Of a stretch of 64,000 nt of DNA, positions 1 to 7,760 are shown piece by piece. The number at the start of each line of letters is the position of its first letter. The first letter of the stretch is position 1. The position numbers and the translations under genes were made by a program. Source of the DNA: a virus (lineage: Duplodnaviria; Heunggongvirae; Uroviricota; Caudoviricetes). Under the pieces are notes generated by a model, which worked only from the letters and a program-made list of their open reading frames with translations, had not been told where the DNA came from and did not search any database. Location of the stretch: the IMG/VR virus record IMGVR_UViG_3300025659_000002, positions 1 to 64,000 of that record; one strand, given 5' to 3'.

Positions 1-277
1 TCAGAGAGTCATACGCATACCCTTTTAAAAAGTCCCTATACACGGGAGTGAAATAATAACATTTCTTTTTTAAAAAAGTTGCTTCTGAATCAGTTAACCG
101 TAGTGATCCCATTGCGTTAATATTGCTTATCAATTTTGTAGCAAACGAGTCACTAAACTCAACTGGAGTTCTCAATATCCACTTGTATTCTACTTCCAGG
201 TTTGGAAATTGCTGACAAACAAACATTTGTTGTGTAAATTTATATATGTCGTTATCTAAAATTGAATTAATTAACAT
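1..277 (-). CDS. nicotinate phosphoribosyltransferase-like (PncB N-terminal part); 3' end truncated by window edge
   Basis: Minus-strand ORF not in the track, starting at ATG (rev-comp of 275-277) and running off coordinate 1 with no stop. N-terminus MLINSILDNDIYKFTQQMFVCQQF resembles the PncB N-terminal LLDTDxYKLxMxQ motif (from memory). Confidence 0.4.
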   Translation of the reverse strand, partial: MLINSILDNDIYKFTQQMFVCQQFPNLEVEYKWILRTPVEFSDSFATKLISNINAMGSLRLTDSEATFLKKKCYYFTPVYRDFLKGYAYDSL

Positions 278-570
278 TATTTGGTATCCTTTCCAGAGTG
301 TATTGTACGTAATACGGTTAGGCTGGAAGAACCGTCAACCACCTCTATTATACAACGCTCGATAGCATAGTCTTTCAATAAAAAGTGTCTTTCTGCTATC
401 TTTCTCCAACCGTAGTTATCGTATCCTTGAACGTCTATTTTAGTGGGACTAACTTTAGTTATTGCCCACCTACGTTGTGTCCAGTATGACGGAATGTGGT
501 CTTCGCCAGTACTAGCTCGTACCGTTATAACGTCATCTACTTTTAATTTAAACATCTGTTTCCTCTCCAT
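277..570 (-). CDS. hypothetical protein (97 aa)
   Basis: ORF track; TAA stop; co-directional with tightly packed neighbours (TAATG overlap with downstream gene). Confidence 0.45.
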   Translation of the reverse strand: MERKQMFKLKVDDVITVRASTGEDHIPSYWTQRRWAITKVSPTKIDVQGYDNYGWRKIAERHFLLKDYAIERCIIEVVDGSSSLTVLRTIHSGKDTK

Positions 571-736
571 TAAGTTTATCGAGTTTTCTACAAATTTGTA
601 ATAGAAGTATATCTGTAAGGGTTAGTCTGCCATTTCCAAATTTGGTTTCCAAAATAAGTTGTAAATCCTCATCTATGGTAGCTTCTAAAGGTAGTATAAC
701 CTCACTCATTAATAAACCTTCTCGAGTATTTCCCAA
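548..736 (-). CDS. hypothetical protein (62 aa)
   Basis: ORF track; fills gap in minus-strand operon; TAA stop. Confidence 0.35.
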   Translation of the reverse strand: MGNTREGLLMSEVILPLEATIDEDLQLILETKFGNGRLTLTDILLLQICRKLDKLNGEETDV

Positions 737-1044
737 CGTGCCTCGGGAATATTAATTACTTGAACTATTTCGCCATTGACAAAAAAAGTTAGTTTGTTGT
801 CACCTATTGACACACGATCCGCTAAGTATTCTTTGTCATATTTAATATTATAAGCTTTGTCATAAACTGTAAGAGTATAGGTAGTTCTAGAATCATTTCC
901 ATAACCTAATTCTGTTTTCGTACCATTCGCATCTATAACACCAGAATTAAAAAGCTTTGGTATTGCCACTGAGCCTATAATCCCTGCAATTACTAGAACA
1001 ATAATTAGTTCTATTATTGTAAATCCTTTTTTACTTCCATTCAT
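709..1044 (-). CDS. prepilin-type N-terminal domain protein (type IV pilin/pseudopilin-like)
   Basis: N-terminus MNGSKKGFTIIELIIVLVIAGIIG is the class-III signal / N-methylation motif (K-G-F-T-[LI]-I-E plus hydrophobic helix) of type IV pilins and ComGC-like pseudopilins. Confidence 0.55.
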   Translation of the reverse strand: MNGSKKGFTIIELIIVLVIAGIIGSVAIPKLFNSGVIDANGTKTELGYGNDSRTTYTLTVYDKAYNIKYDKEYLADRVSIGDNKLTFFVNGEIVQVINIPEARWEILEKVY

Positions 1045-1492
1045 TTTCTTTTAGTTCCTTTCTTACTTTCATTAATGCTTTTCCTAAAAGGTTTGTACCT
1101 TTACCATTTTTTCCGATGCCCCATATTGCGTCGTTCCATTCAGCCGCGTCTTCTATTAATTCTGCATCTTGTGTACATAGTAAAATCTTTTTGTAAAGAT
1201 CTATTTTGAATTTTTCTCTTAAGCACATAACCATAATGTCATATTTTACTTCTTCCCAATCTGGGCGAAGATTTACTTTATTACCCGCACGTTTAGATTT
1301 GCCAGGGGTTTTTAACTGTGCTATTTCTTTACGTATTGTGTTATTAAATGTTTTATGTGCTTGAAACGCATGCTCTACTGTTGGATATTCAATACCTTCT
1401 ATAGTAATAGGGGAATGTGCAAAATTAGAAAAATATTGATCATAGCCTGATGGCTTCTTTGCGGAGAAAATTATTTGGTTTGTGTTTTTCAT
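1031..1492 (-). CDS. NADAR / YbiA-like (DUF1768) domain protein
   Basis: YDQYFSNFAHSPITIEGIEYPTVEHAFQAHK matches the conserved NADAR core (SNF...G..Y.S.EH.fQa.K). Confidence 0.6.
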   Translation of the reverse strand: MKNTNQIIFSAKKPSGYDQYFSNFAHSPITIEGIEYPTVEHAFQAHKTFNNTIRKEIAQLKTPGKSKRAGNKVNLRPDWEEVKYDIMVMCLREKFKIDLYKKILLCTQDAELIEDAAEWNDAIWGIGKNGKGTNLLGKALMKVRKELKENEWK

Positions 1493-1523
1493 TTGTTAGT
1501 TTGATTTTTATTATTTAAAAGTG

Positions 1524-1606
1524 TGGGCAGAGAAGGATTCGAACCTCCGAACCCCGTAGGGACCAGATCTACAATCTGGCGCTTTTGACCGCTCGGCCAG
1601 CTGCCC
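1524..1606 (-). tRNA. tRNA-Tyr (anticodon GTA), type II with long variable arm
   Basis: Rev-comp reads GGGCAGCTGGCCGAGCGG...CCAGA-TTGTAGA-TCTGG...GGTTCGAATCC...CTGCCCA. Anticodon loop TTGTAGA; D-arm CCGAGCGG like tRNA-Tyr. Confidence 0.7.
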
Positions 1607-1613
1607 AACTTAA

Positions 1614-2321
1614 TTATCGTTCTCTTCCATGGTAGTCGTTCGGATATAAATCTTCTGATAAGTCTGATTGCCAGTACTCATGCGTATTTACATCCATGAT
1701 AGTAAGTTTTCCTTCCCAACCTGATCCGGTGTCTAACATCCATAGATTGGAAATATTTAAAGGTTTATCCGTTCCAAACATTCCTGTAGTTGTATGCCCA
1801 ACGAATACCTCTTTATAATCTTTAAATTCACGCTTTTGAGTTACGTAAATTTTTGCCACTTCAATGATGTGACGATTCCAATACAAATTATACGGATCCT
1901 GATCCCGGATAGGGACCTTTTGATCGAATCCTCCGTGTACGTAGATTTTGTTCTCATCATCGATGTGGTAAAATACTGTTTTGTTACGTAGATAATGTAG
2001 GTGCTTAGTTCTCCATTCTAGTGGGGCTGACACGTAGCTGGCAATTGTAGCCATACCACCTTGTCTAGTCCACAATGAGGGAGTTTGTCCATATTCTAAC
2101 CACCCAAGTAGCCATACGTCGTGATTACCTATAACCTATATTAAATTCTTAATCTTTAAAAGTTCTTCGAAACACTTTGCCGTATCTGGCCACCCGTCAT
2201 TTATATCGCCAAGAAAGACTAATGTATCCTCCTCATAATTGAAGTTAGAACGTTCGAAACATTGGAGCATGCCCTGGTAATTACCATGTACGTCTCCCAG
2301 TACAAATATTTTATTTTTCAT
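1614..2321 (-). CDS. calcineurin-like metallophosphatase (lambda Ser/Thr phosphatase-like), interrupted by one in-frame TAG at 2136-2138
   Basis: ORFs 2136..2321 (GDVHGN, GDINDGW motifs) and 1614..2075 (HGGF, GHT) are in the same frame. The 20 codons between them translate VIGNHDVW (the GNHD motif), so a single TAG splits an otherwise intact gene. Confidence 0.55.
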
Positions 2322-2557
2322 CCTTCATCCTTTGTAATGTGGTTTATACAGGCAGCTATTCTACTATCCTGGTAAAATGGATCCATTGCTGTAGCTCTAA
2401 TCTCTTCTGCTACTTCCGGATAAAGTATATAAAGTGCATTAAAAATACATTGCCCACGTCTCCAGAGGGGGTTGTTTAGTCCCATTTTATTTGTTGTTTG
2501 AAAGAGGGTTTTCATTTCCTCTTGAGTTAATTTATTCATTACCAACGTCTCCCGCAC
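2318..2557 (-). CDS. hypothetical protein (79 aa)
   Basis: ORF track; ends in TGA that overlaps the downstream ATG (ATGA), so TGA acts as a stop here. Confidence 0.45.
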   Translation of the reverse strand: MRETLVMNKLTQEEMKTLFQTTNKMGLNNPLWRRGQCIFNALYILYPEVAEEIRATAMDPFYQDSRIAACINHITKDEG

Positions 2558-2724
2558 TCACACTCCCAGCGTCCTTTATAAACTTTGGTTGCTAATAGTC
2601 CGCAACTATGGCATGTCATTTTTGGGGCTATACGGGTATTTATTCCGAATAGTACTCCTTTTAAAAAGGTGTCAATTACTTGGAAAAGCCCGGTAGTAAT
2701 TTTATCTTTAGTTTCTTGTTTCAT
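2539..2724 (-). CDS. small zinc-ribbon protein (start trimmed to MKQETKD)
   Basis: ORF track 2539..2787; the upstream part overlaps a tRNA-like element, so the internal ATG at about 2724 was chosen. CHSCG...CECG motif. Confidence 0.35.
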   Translation of the reverse strand: MKQETKDKITTGLFQVIDTFLKGVLFGINTRIAPKMTCHSCGLLATKVYKGRWECECGRRW

Positions 2725-2746
2725 AATTATTTCTCTTTTTTTTCTG

Positions 2747-2819
2747 TAGCACGAGTGGGCGTCGAACCCACCTTCCCAGGTTTCCAAAACCCAAGAGCCT
2801 CGCCCCCGGTCACCGCACT
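2747..2819 (-). tRNA. tRNA-like element with atypical D/anticodon arms (possible pseudo-tRNA)
   Basis: Rev-comp has acceptor AGTGCGG/TCGTGCT (7 bp with G-U pairs) and T-arm GTGGG-TTCGACG-CCCAC. The only hairpin in the middle is GGTTT-TGG-AAACC, a 3-nt loop; no 7-nt anticodon loop could be drawn. Confidence 0.35.
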
Positions 2820-2831
2820 AAACCTATTTAG

Positions 2832-3068
2832 CTACCTAACTTTCCTAGCTACCGCTATTATTTCATGTACAAATACATCTCCCAATTCATAGCTGCCATA
2901 AGTATAGGGAGACTTAACTCCGCAAAACCATCTAGCGCCTTCTTTGTTATCATCTATTTGCCATTTTTTTAAAACTTTCCATTCCCAAGACTGATCTAAA
3001 GTTCTCCATATTTCATATGGGTTGTCAAGAGGTCTGGTCTTTCCACATAAATTCTTCTGTCTTGTCAT
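2832..3068 (-). CDS. hypothetical protein (start trimmed to MTRQKNL)
   Basis: ORF track 2832..3152; the N-terminal 28 codons are the reverse complement of tRNA-Glu, so the internal ATG was used. Confidence 0.4.
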   Translation of the reverse strand: MTRQKNLCGKTRPLDNPYEIWRTLDQSWEWKVLKKWQIDDNKEGARWFCGVKSPYTYGSYELGDVFVHEIIAVARKVR

Positions 3069-3094
3069 TTTATTTTTCTGGTTTGTTACCTTCG

Positions 3095-3166
3095 TAGCGC
3101 ATAGGAGAATCGAACTCCTGTACCCAGACTGAAAACCTGGTGTCCTAGCCATTAGACGAATGCGCC
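3095..3166 (-). tRNA. tRNA-Glu (anticodon TTC) candidate
   Basis: GGCGCAT-TC-GTCTAATGGCTAGGAC-A-CCAGG-TTTTCAG-TCTGG-GTAC-AGGAG-TTCGATT-CTCCT-ATGCGCT-A; cloverleaf closes with G-U pairs. Confidence 0.5.
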
Positions 3167-3178
3167 GTTATTAATGAG

Positions 3179-3252
3179 TGGAGAAGAGGGGATTTGAACC
3201 CCTGACCCTCTGCGTGCAAAGCAGTTGCTCTCCCAGACTGAGCTACAACCCC
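3179..3252 (-). tRNA. tRNA-Ala (anticodon TGC) candidate
   Basis: GGGGTTG-TA-GCTCAGTCTGGGAGAGC-A-ACTGC-TTTGCAC-GCAGA-GGGTC-AGGGG-TTCAAAT-CCCCT-CTTCTCC-A. G3:U70 present; two acceptor-stem mismatches in my hand fold. Confidence 0.5.
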
Positions 3253-3258
3253 ATTAAT

Positions 3259-3495
3259 TTATTCTGTTTGTTCTGTTGCTTGTTTTTCTTCTTCTGCCAT
3301 GACTACTTCTGATTCGGCCCATGAAAGTATTAAAAGATACCACACGATTCCACAAATGGCATAACAAGCTAGTCCATATGTTTTTGCCCATCCGGCTTTC
3401 TTTGTATACTTTGGCATTAGCGACATTACTAGGAACATAGTTCCAAGCCCAAATATAATTCCCACTGGTATGAGAAGTACTATAATTCCCATCAT
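3259..3495 (-). CDS. small membrane protein (78 aa, two TM helices)
   Basis: ORF track; hydrophobic stretches; TAA stop. Confidence 0.45.
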   Translation of the reverse strand: MMGIIVLLIPVGIIFGLGTMFLVMSLMPKYTKKAGWAKTYGLACYAICGIVWYLLILSWAESEVVMAEEEKQATEQTE

Positions 3496-3520
3496 AACGT
3501 TGTCCTTTCTTTTTATTTCG

Positions 3521-3593
3521 CAGAGCGCACGGGGATCGAACCCGCAGTCTCCGGCGTGACAGGCCGGCGTGTTACCATTAACACTTCCACCCT
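3521..3593 (-). tRNA. tRNA-Asp (anticodon GTC)
   Basis: AGGGTGG-AA-GTGTTAATGGTAACAC-G-CCGGC-CTGTCAC-GCCGG-AGACT-GCGGG-TTCGATC-CCCGT-GCGCTCT-G. The CUGUCAC loop is classic tRNA-Asp. Confidence 0.65.
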
Positions 3594-3602
3594 ATAAATT
3601 AG

Positions 3603-3674
3603 AGCCTAGGGAAGGAGTTGAACCTCCATTTCTCTTAGCGGACTAAGAGCGTCTTACCATTAGACGACCACGGC
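3603..3674 (-). tRNA. tRNA-like element with 8-nt (or self-pairing) anticodon loop, anticodon region AGTCCGCT
   Basis: GCCGTGG-TC-GTCTAATGGTAAGAC-G-CTCTT-AGTCCGCT-AAGAG-AAAT-GGAGG-TTCAACT-CCTTC-CCTAGGC-T. The anticodon arm is an 18-nt perfect palindrome (7-bp stem plus 4-nt loop, or 5-bp stem plus 8-nt loop). Two acceptor-stem mismatches. Confidence 0.35.
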
Positions 3675-3676
3675 GT

Positions 3677-3749
3677 TGGTTGGGGGTGTGGGATTTGAAC
3701 CCACATTCGCCTGCCTCTGCAGACGTCCTTTACGTTGGATGAGCCCCCA
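3677..3749 (-). tRNA. tRNA-like element with encoded 3' CCA and shortened anticodon loop
   Basis: TGGGGGC...GTGGG-TTCAAAT-CCCAC-ACCCCCA-A-CCA. The middle hairpin GTCTG-CAGAGG-CAGGC has a 4-6 nt loop, not a 7-nt anticodon loop. Confidence 0.35.
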
Positions 3750-3786
3750 TTAATTTTTTCTCTCTATGTCAAAAAACTAGAATCTT

Positions 3787-4026
3787 CTATAGAAGGTTCT
3801 TTTGTTTTAAAATACGATTTACATGTAGTTTTGTAATTACAGGCTGTTTATTTTGACTAGCCATATGTAACGCAATTTTAACCTCTTTACCTTTGTGCCC
3901 TGGTTTGCTTGTTGCAAATTTTACAATTCGTCTTGCTATGTTCATTTCCCGTGTTTCACGCCCCAGGTATCGTTGGCATTTTATTTTGTCTCTACCCTGT
4001 TTGTTAGAGTTTGATTTTTGTGACAT
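3787..4026 (-). CDS. basic small protein (79 aa)
   Basis: ORF track; K/R-rich; lies between tRNA genes. Confidence 0.4.
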   Translation of the reverse strand: MSQKSNSNKQGRDKIKCQRYLGRETREMNIARRIVKFATSKPGHKGKEVKIALHMASQNKQPVITKLHVNRILKQKNLL

Positions 4027-4035
4027 TAGCTTTCC

Positions 4036-4431
4036 TTATTTTTTAAATCTTTTTTCCAATTGTTTATAAAGCTCAAAATCGTCTTTTTCTTTCTTATTCT
4101 TCCGTCTTGTCGCGTTTCGCTTTCTAGTTATTTCAGATTTTTTTGCTCTATCTTTTAATACATTCGTTCTAATAGTAAATTCCTCATCCGTCTCTTTTCG
4201 ACTCACGCTAACCTCTAATTCGTCGAGCTCTATCCTATCGTCCCACGAGTTGAACTGGCTACAAACTGCGGTAAACCTCACATCTGGGTTGTCTACCCCT
4301 GTCTGTTGTCTAGAAAGAGCTATGATGTGCCTTAGTACCTCTTGTACGTCTTCAAGTTTTCCTTCTAGATCATCATAATCATACGGGTGTGCTATTATTA
4401 TTTTAACTGTTTTCTTTTCATAACTTGCCAT
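4036..4431 (-). CDS. hypothetical protein (131 aa), acidic core with basic C-terminus
   Basis: ORF track; TAA stop. Confidence 0.5.
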   Translation of the reverse strand: MASYEKKTVKIIIAHPYDYDDLEGKLEDVQEVLRHIIALSRQQTGVDNPDVRFTAVCSQFNSWDDRIELDELEVSVSRKETDEEFTIRTNVLKDRAKKSEITRKRNATRRKNKKEKDDFELYKQLEKRFKK

Positions 4432-4453
4432 TGTTTTTTATTGGTTTTATTTG

Positions 4454-4524
4454 AGCAACTAGAGAGAATCGAACTCTCATCGTCTGAGTGGAAGTCAGAA
4501 GTCTTACCGTTGGACCATAGCCGC
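4454..4524 (-). tRNA. tRNA-Gly (anticodon TCC)
   Basis: GCGGCTA-TG-GTCCAACGGTAAGAC-T-TCTGA-CTTCCAC-TCAGA-CGAT-GAGAG-TTCGATT-CTCTC-TAGTTGC-T; all stems pair. Confidence 0.7.
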
Positions 4525-4773
4525 TTTAATTGGTAAAGCTGTGACAATTTCATTAGTTTTCTTATCATATACTACTTTGTATCTAATGCTATTTTGCTCA
4601 ATAATCATAACTAACCTGTGTCCTACTTTTTCTAGAACGCTTACTCCTTGGTCGTTATACTCGTTCCTAATTCTATTCAATAATTCTTTTCTTAGCTTTT
4701 TGGTCAACGTAATATCATAACGCTCTTCAAATCTTTTTACAGCGTGTTGTCGTTGATTGTGTTTATAACTCAT
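4504..4773 (-). CDS. hypothetical protein (start trimmed to MSYKHNQ)
   Basis: ORF track 4504..4851; upstream codons overlap tRNA-Gly(GCC), so the internal ATG was used. The last 6 codons overlap the 5' end of tRNA-Gly(TCC). Confidence 0.4.
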   Translation of the reverse strand: MSYKHNQRQHAVKRFEERYDITLTKKLRKELLNRIRNEYNDQGVSVLEKVGHRLVMIIEQNSIRYKVVYDKKTNEIVTALPIKAAMVQR

Positions 4774-4794
4774 GTTGCCCTTTCTATTTATTTG

Positions 4795-4865
4795 AGCAGC
4801 TAGACGGATTTGAACCGACATTCCAACCATGGCAAGGTTGTGTCCTACCATTAGACGATAGCCGC
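4795..4865 (-). tRNA. tRNA-Gly (anticodon GCC)
   Basis: GCGGCTA-TC-GTCTAATGGTAGGAC-A-CAACC-TTGCCAT-GGTTG-GAAT-GTCGG-TTCAAAT-CCGTC-TAGCTGC-T. Confidence 0.7.
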
Positions 4866-4866
4866 A

Positions 4867-5544
4867 TTACCAAGAAACTTTTCTTATTTTTAATAGAAAA
4901 TCATTTACTAATTTTGAGTTAGCTTCTTTTTTTGTAGACTTATTAAACGCGTCTTCTAGTTTTTCTTCCCAAGAGCTACAAGTTTTTATAACCTCTGGTA
5001 TAGTAGATTCGCCTTCCTTATATTTTCTGCAAAGAATGCCTACTTCTGTATCAGCTATTCTGGCTGTAAAATCGCCAGTTTGTAATAGTTCGTATCCATT
5101 ATATAACATTCTTAACCAGGCCGCTGATGATTTTCTTTTTCTAATGGTATCTAATTCTACATTTCCATTACTAAGGGCTTCATCATTTTCTAAAAGCTTT
5201 TTGCGTTGCGATTGAGCATAACCCCTGTACGAGTGGAAAACTAATTTAGAACTCCAAACGTCTGGAAATAGACTTCTTAACTCTTCACACCAGTTCTCGT
5301 TTTCTGTAGTAAATGTCGCTTTAAAAGTTTCCAGAATTGTAGGATTACTTCTTAATGCGAAATGTAGAAATCTAGCTAATTCCCAGGTATCTGCTGGATC
5401 CTTTGGATCGCTGGGCTGGTGCTCTGGTAAAGCTAAAATATTTGAAGTAGTCTCAATAAATACAGTTTTATAATCGAAATCACTTATAGGAGTATCTAAC
5501 CCATGCAATCTACTTCCTACTAACGCTCTCATTAATAATCTCAT
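4867..5544 (-). CDS. nucleotidyltransferase (Pol-beta superfamily, GS...SD[FI]D motif)
   Basis: N-terminal GSRLHGLDTPISDFDYK matches the minimal nucleotidyltransferase G[SG]x(9-13)Dh[DE] signature. Confidence 0.5.
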   Translation of the reverse strand: MRLLMRALVGSRLHGLDTPISDFDYKTVFIETTSNILALPEHQPSDPKDPADTWELARFLHFALRSNPTILETFKATFTTENENWCEELRSLFPDVWSSKLVFHSYRGYAQSQRKKLLENDEALSNGNVELDTIRKRKSSAAWLRMLYNGYELLQTGDFTARIADTEVGILCRKYKEGESTIPEVIKTCSSWEEKLEDAFNKSTKKEANSKLVNDFLLKIRKVSW

Positions 5545-5578
5545 TTATAATTCCCTATTGTTAATAATTGTTAAAAAA

Positions 5579-5612
5579 AAGACCCAGCGAGTGATCGCCG
5601 GGCCTAATTTCA
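5579..5612 (-). terminator. rho-independent terminator candidate
   Basis: On minus strand: GGCCCGGCGATCACTCGCTGGGTC hairpin followed by TTTTTTTT, immediately downstream of the Hsp20 gene. Confidence 0.45.
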
Positions 5613-5669
5613 AAGATATAAAGCGGTTAAGCTTTATAATGTCTTTTATTGACGATCTACATAGAAGCG

Positions 5670-6056
5670 CTAGCCTTCGCTAACTGTGAACTCCTGTGGA
5701 GTGAATTTCCCTTTTACAGGTATGGCGATGGTTAAAACACCACGAACTAGCGAACTAGTTAATTTTCCATAATTAAAATGTTCACCGTTCTGTAATGGAA
5801 ATTCGTTATAGAAACCTTTACAGAAAGTTCCTTTACCAATCTCTTTATCCGGTCCAGCTGTCACTAACAGGCGGTCATGAGTTGAAGGCGAATTGCCGAA
5901 CGCAGTTCCAGCCTTAGCTATTCTAATTTTAATGTTAGAAGCCTGATAACCTGGTACTAATAGCTCAACCATTACGTTTGGCTCGTTCCAGTACAGTACG
6001 AAGTCTACTGCATCATATTTTTTATCGTCACTTAATTTTGAGTATAAATTGCTCAT
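5670..6056 (-). CDS. small heat-shock protein (Hsp20 / alpha-crystallin family)
   Basis: 128 aa; C-terminal GVLTIAIPVKG is the sHSP I-x-I box; alpha-crystallin-like beta-strand region. Confidence 0.6.
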   Translation of the reverse strand: MSNLYSKLSDDKKYDAVDFVLYWNEPNVMVELLVPGYQASNIKIRIAKAGTAFGNSPSTHDRLLVTAGPDKEIGKGTFCKGFYNEFPLQNGEHFNYGKLTSSLVRGVLTIAIPVKGKFTPQEFTVSEG

Positions 6057-6068
6057 TTGTTGTCTTGA

Positions 6069-7760
6069 TTATTTCATTTTTAGTTGATACATCCGATTCA
6101 TTTCATAGAACCGAACAATATTGCCCTCGTGGGCCAGTGTCATCGACGACTTGATGGCAGAGTCTTTGTAGACCTGCACATCACTTGAAGCCTTAGCGCG
6201 AAACATTTCTAAAGCGCCATCTTCATGTATACTTATAGTTAATCCGTTAGGTAGGCAGATAAAATTCAACATATTATCTGCGTCCTTCAAGATTCTTATA
6301 TCATATTTTTTGAAATTTTCATCGAATACGATAATAAATTTATCATACTTGCTGCCTGATTGTCCTATTATCATACAAACCCTGTCTCGGCATTTTGCAT
6401 CAATTATCTTGTACTTATCTAGTTCAGGAATTGCTACAATTGCACATTTGTTGGGTGCGTATGGTAAATATAAATGAGTTTTACCTAAAATACTAGAACA
6501 TAATACTCCATCTAACATTTCTGTAGAATTATTGAATATTTCCCAAGTATTTAAAATATAAAACGTAGGCTTTGAGCCGGTATCTAATACATCTATTTCA
6601 AAAAATCTATCCTTGTTTACGCCATATAGCCTATTTTCGTATATCATAGTTTTTTCAACCTTAATATTTGTACTATGATAAGGAGATTGGCTATCTTCCA
6701 ATGATCTGTATACTAAAGATTCATCCTTAGTTTTCACAAGAAACGTCTTTTGAGACATACTGTGTGAAAAAACCTTGGAGGTGGTATCTTTAATATAACT
6801 ATTATTGTTATATATGACAACATCTTTTTTGGTATATATTATATACTGTCTACCAAAATAAGTGCAGTCAATTATGTCGCCAGGATAATCGTTTAATTGT
6901 TGTATTGTAAAATATTTGCTTCCGGTGTGTGTTGTTATTATAGGAGTTATTGGAAGTATAATGTACTGCCCTTTCATGTCTGGAGGAGTACTTCTATAAC
7001 CATTTTCAAATACTTCTTTAAACCAATCATAATAACTCTTAGGTATATTTGTAAAGTCCCTTACTGCGCCCGGAACACGCGTTTCAGGGTTAAAGATTGA
7101 TACGTTTGCTCTCATACGTTCTTCTAATGTAGCTCGTTTAAAGTGAGAATTCTTTCCCTTATATGGGTGAATTCCTATAAACAGTTGACAAGCTATTACA
7201 GCGAAGGAAAACCAATCTGAAATTTCTGTGAATTCTGTAGCATGCCAATCTCTAATAGAGGGCATAATTACTGTAGCTGGATAATTAGGAGTTTGCCATG
7301 AGTTTACATCTATACAATAAGCAGTAGTATGCTTTCTAGTTTCTATTAAATAATTTAATTCGTTACCATCGACCATTATTATGTCATGATCGTGCACATG
7401 ACTAATTGTATCCTTAATATTTGTAACTAATTTAGTAACGGTATCGTTATTTAAATTGTTTCTATTAAGATACGCAGATGTAAACATTCTTGGTAATGGA
7501 ATAGACTGAGGTACAGTCTGCATCATAAATCCTATTAACGTGTTTTTTGTAGTGTAAATTAAATTCTCAGGTTTTATAATGGTATTCTTAGTAAGAACTG
7601 ACAGTTCCCTAATTTTTTCTTCAGGTATCATAGTTTTTGGGTCATGAAATATTTTATAAGCTCTTCCACCTTTTACATATACTTTACCCTCTCCACCTTG
7701 AGCTACAAAATTAGAGTCTAATAATGATACTTGCCCCTTTCCTTGTACTAAAACCTTCAT
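6069..7760 (-). CDS. protein kinase-like protein (TerY-P triad kinase candidate)
   Basis: 563 aa. N-terminal AQGGEGKVYVKGGRAYK resembles a glycine-rich ATP loop with following Lys; HDHDIIMVDGNELN is catalytic-loop-like. ATGA overlap with the upstream PP2C gene. Confidence 0.45.
   Translation of the reverse strand: MKVLVQGKGQVSLLDSNFVAQGGEGKVYVKGGRAYKIFHDPKTMIPEEKIRELSVLTKNTIIKPENLIYTTKNTLIGFMMQTVPQSIPLPRMFTSAYLNRNNLNNDTVTKLVTNIKDTISHVHDHDIIMVDGNELNYLIETRKHTTAYCIDVNSWQTPNYPATVIMPSIRDWHATEFTEISDWFSFAVIACQLFIGIHPYKGKNSHFKRATLEERMRANVSIFNPETRVPGAVRDFTNIPKSYYDWFKEVFENGYRSTPPDMKGQYIILPITPIITTHTGSKYFTIQQLNDYPGDIIDCTYFGRQYIIYTKKDVVIYNNNSYIKDTTSKVFSHSMSQKTFLVKTKDESLVYRSLEDSQSPYHSTNIKVEKTMIYENRLYGVNKDRFFEIDVLDTGSKPTFYILNTWEIFNNSTEMLDGVLCSSILGKTHLYLPYAPNKCAIVAIPELDKYKIIDAKCRDRVCMIIGQSGSKYDKFIIVFDENFKKYDIRILKDADNMLNFICLPNGLTISIHEDGALEMFRAKASSDVQVYKDSAIKSSMTLAHEGNIVRFYEMNRMYQLKMK

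Noticed and set aside
3095-3166. tRNA-Glu anticodon loop TTTTCAG read as a UCA (opal suppressor) anticodon
   Set aside because: With the 5-bp stem CCAGG/TCTGG the canonical positions 34-36 are TTC; a TCA reading needs a register shift that destroys the stem.
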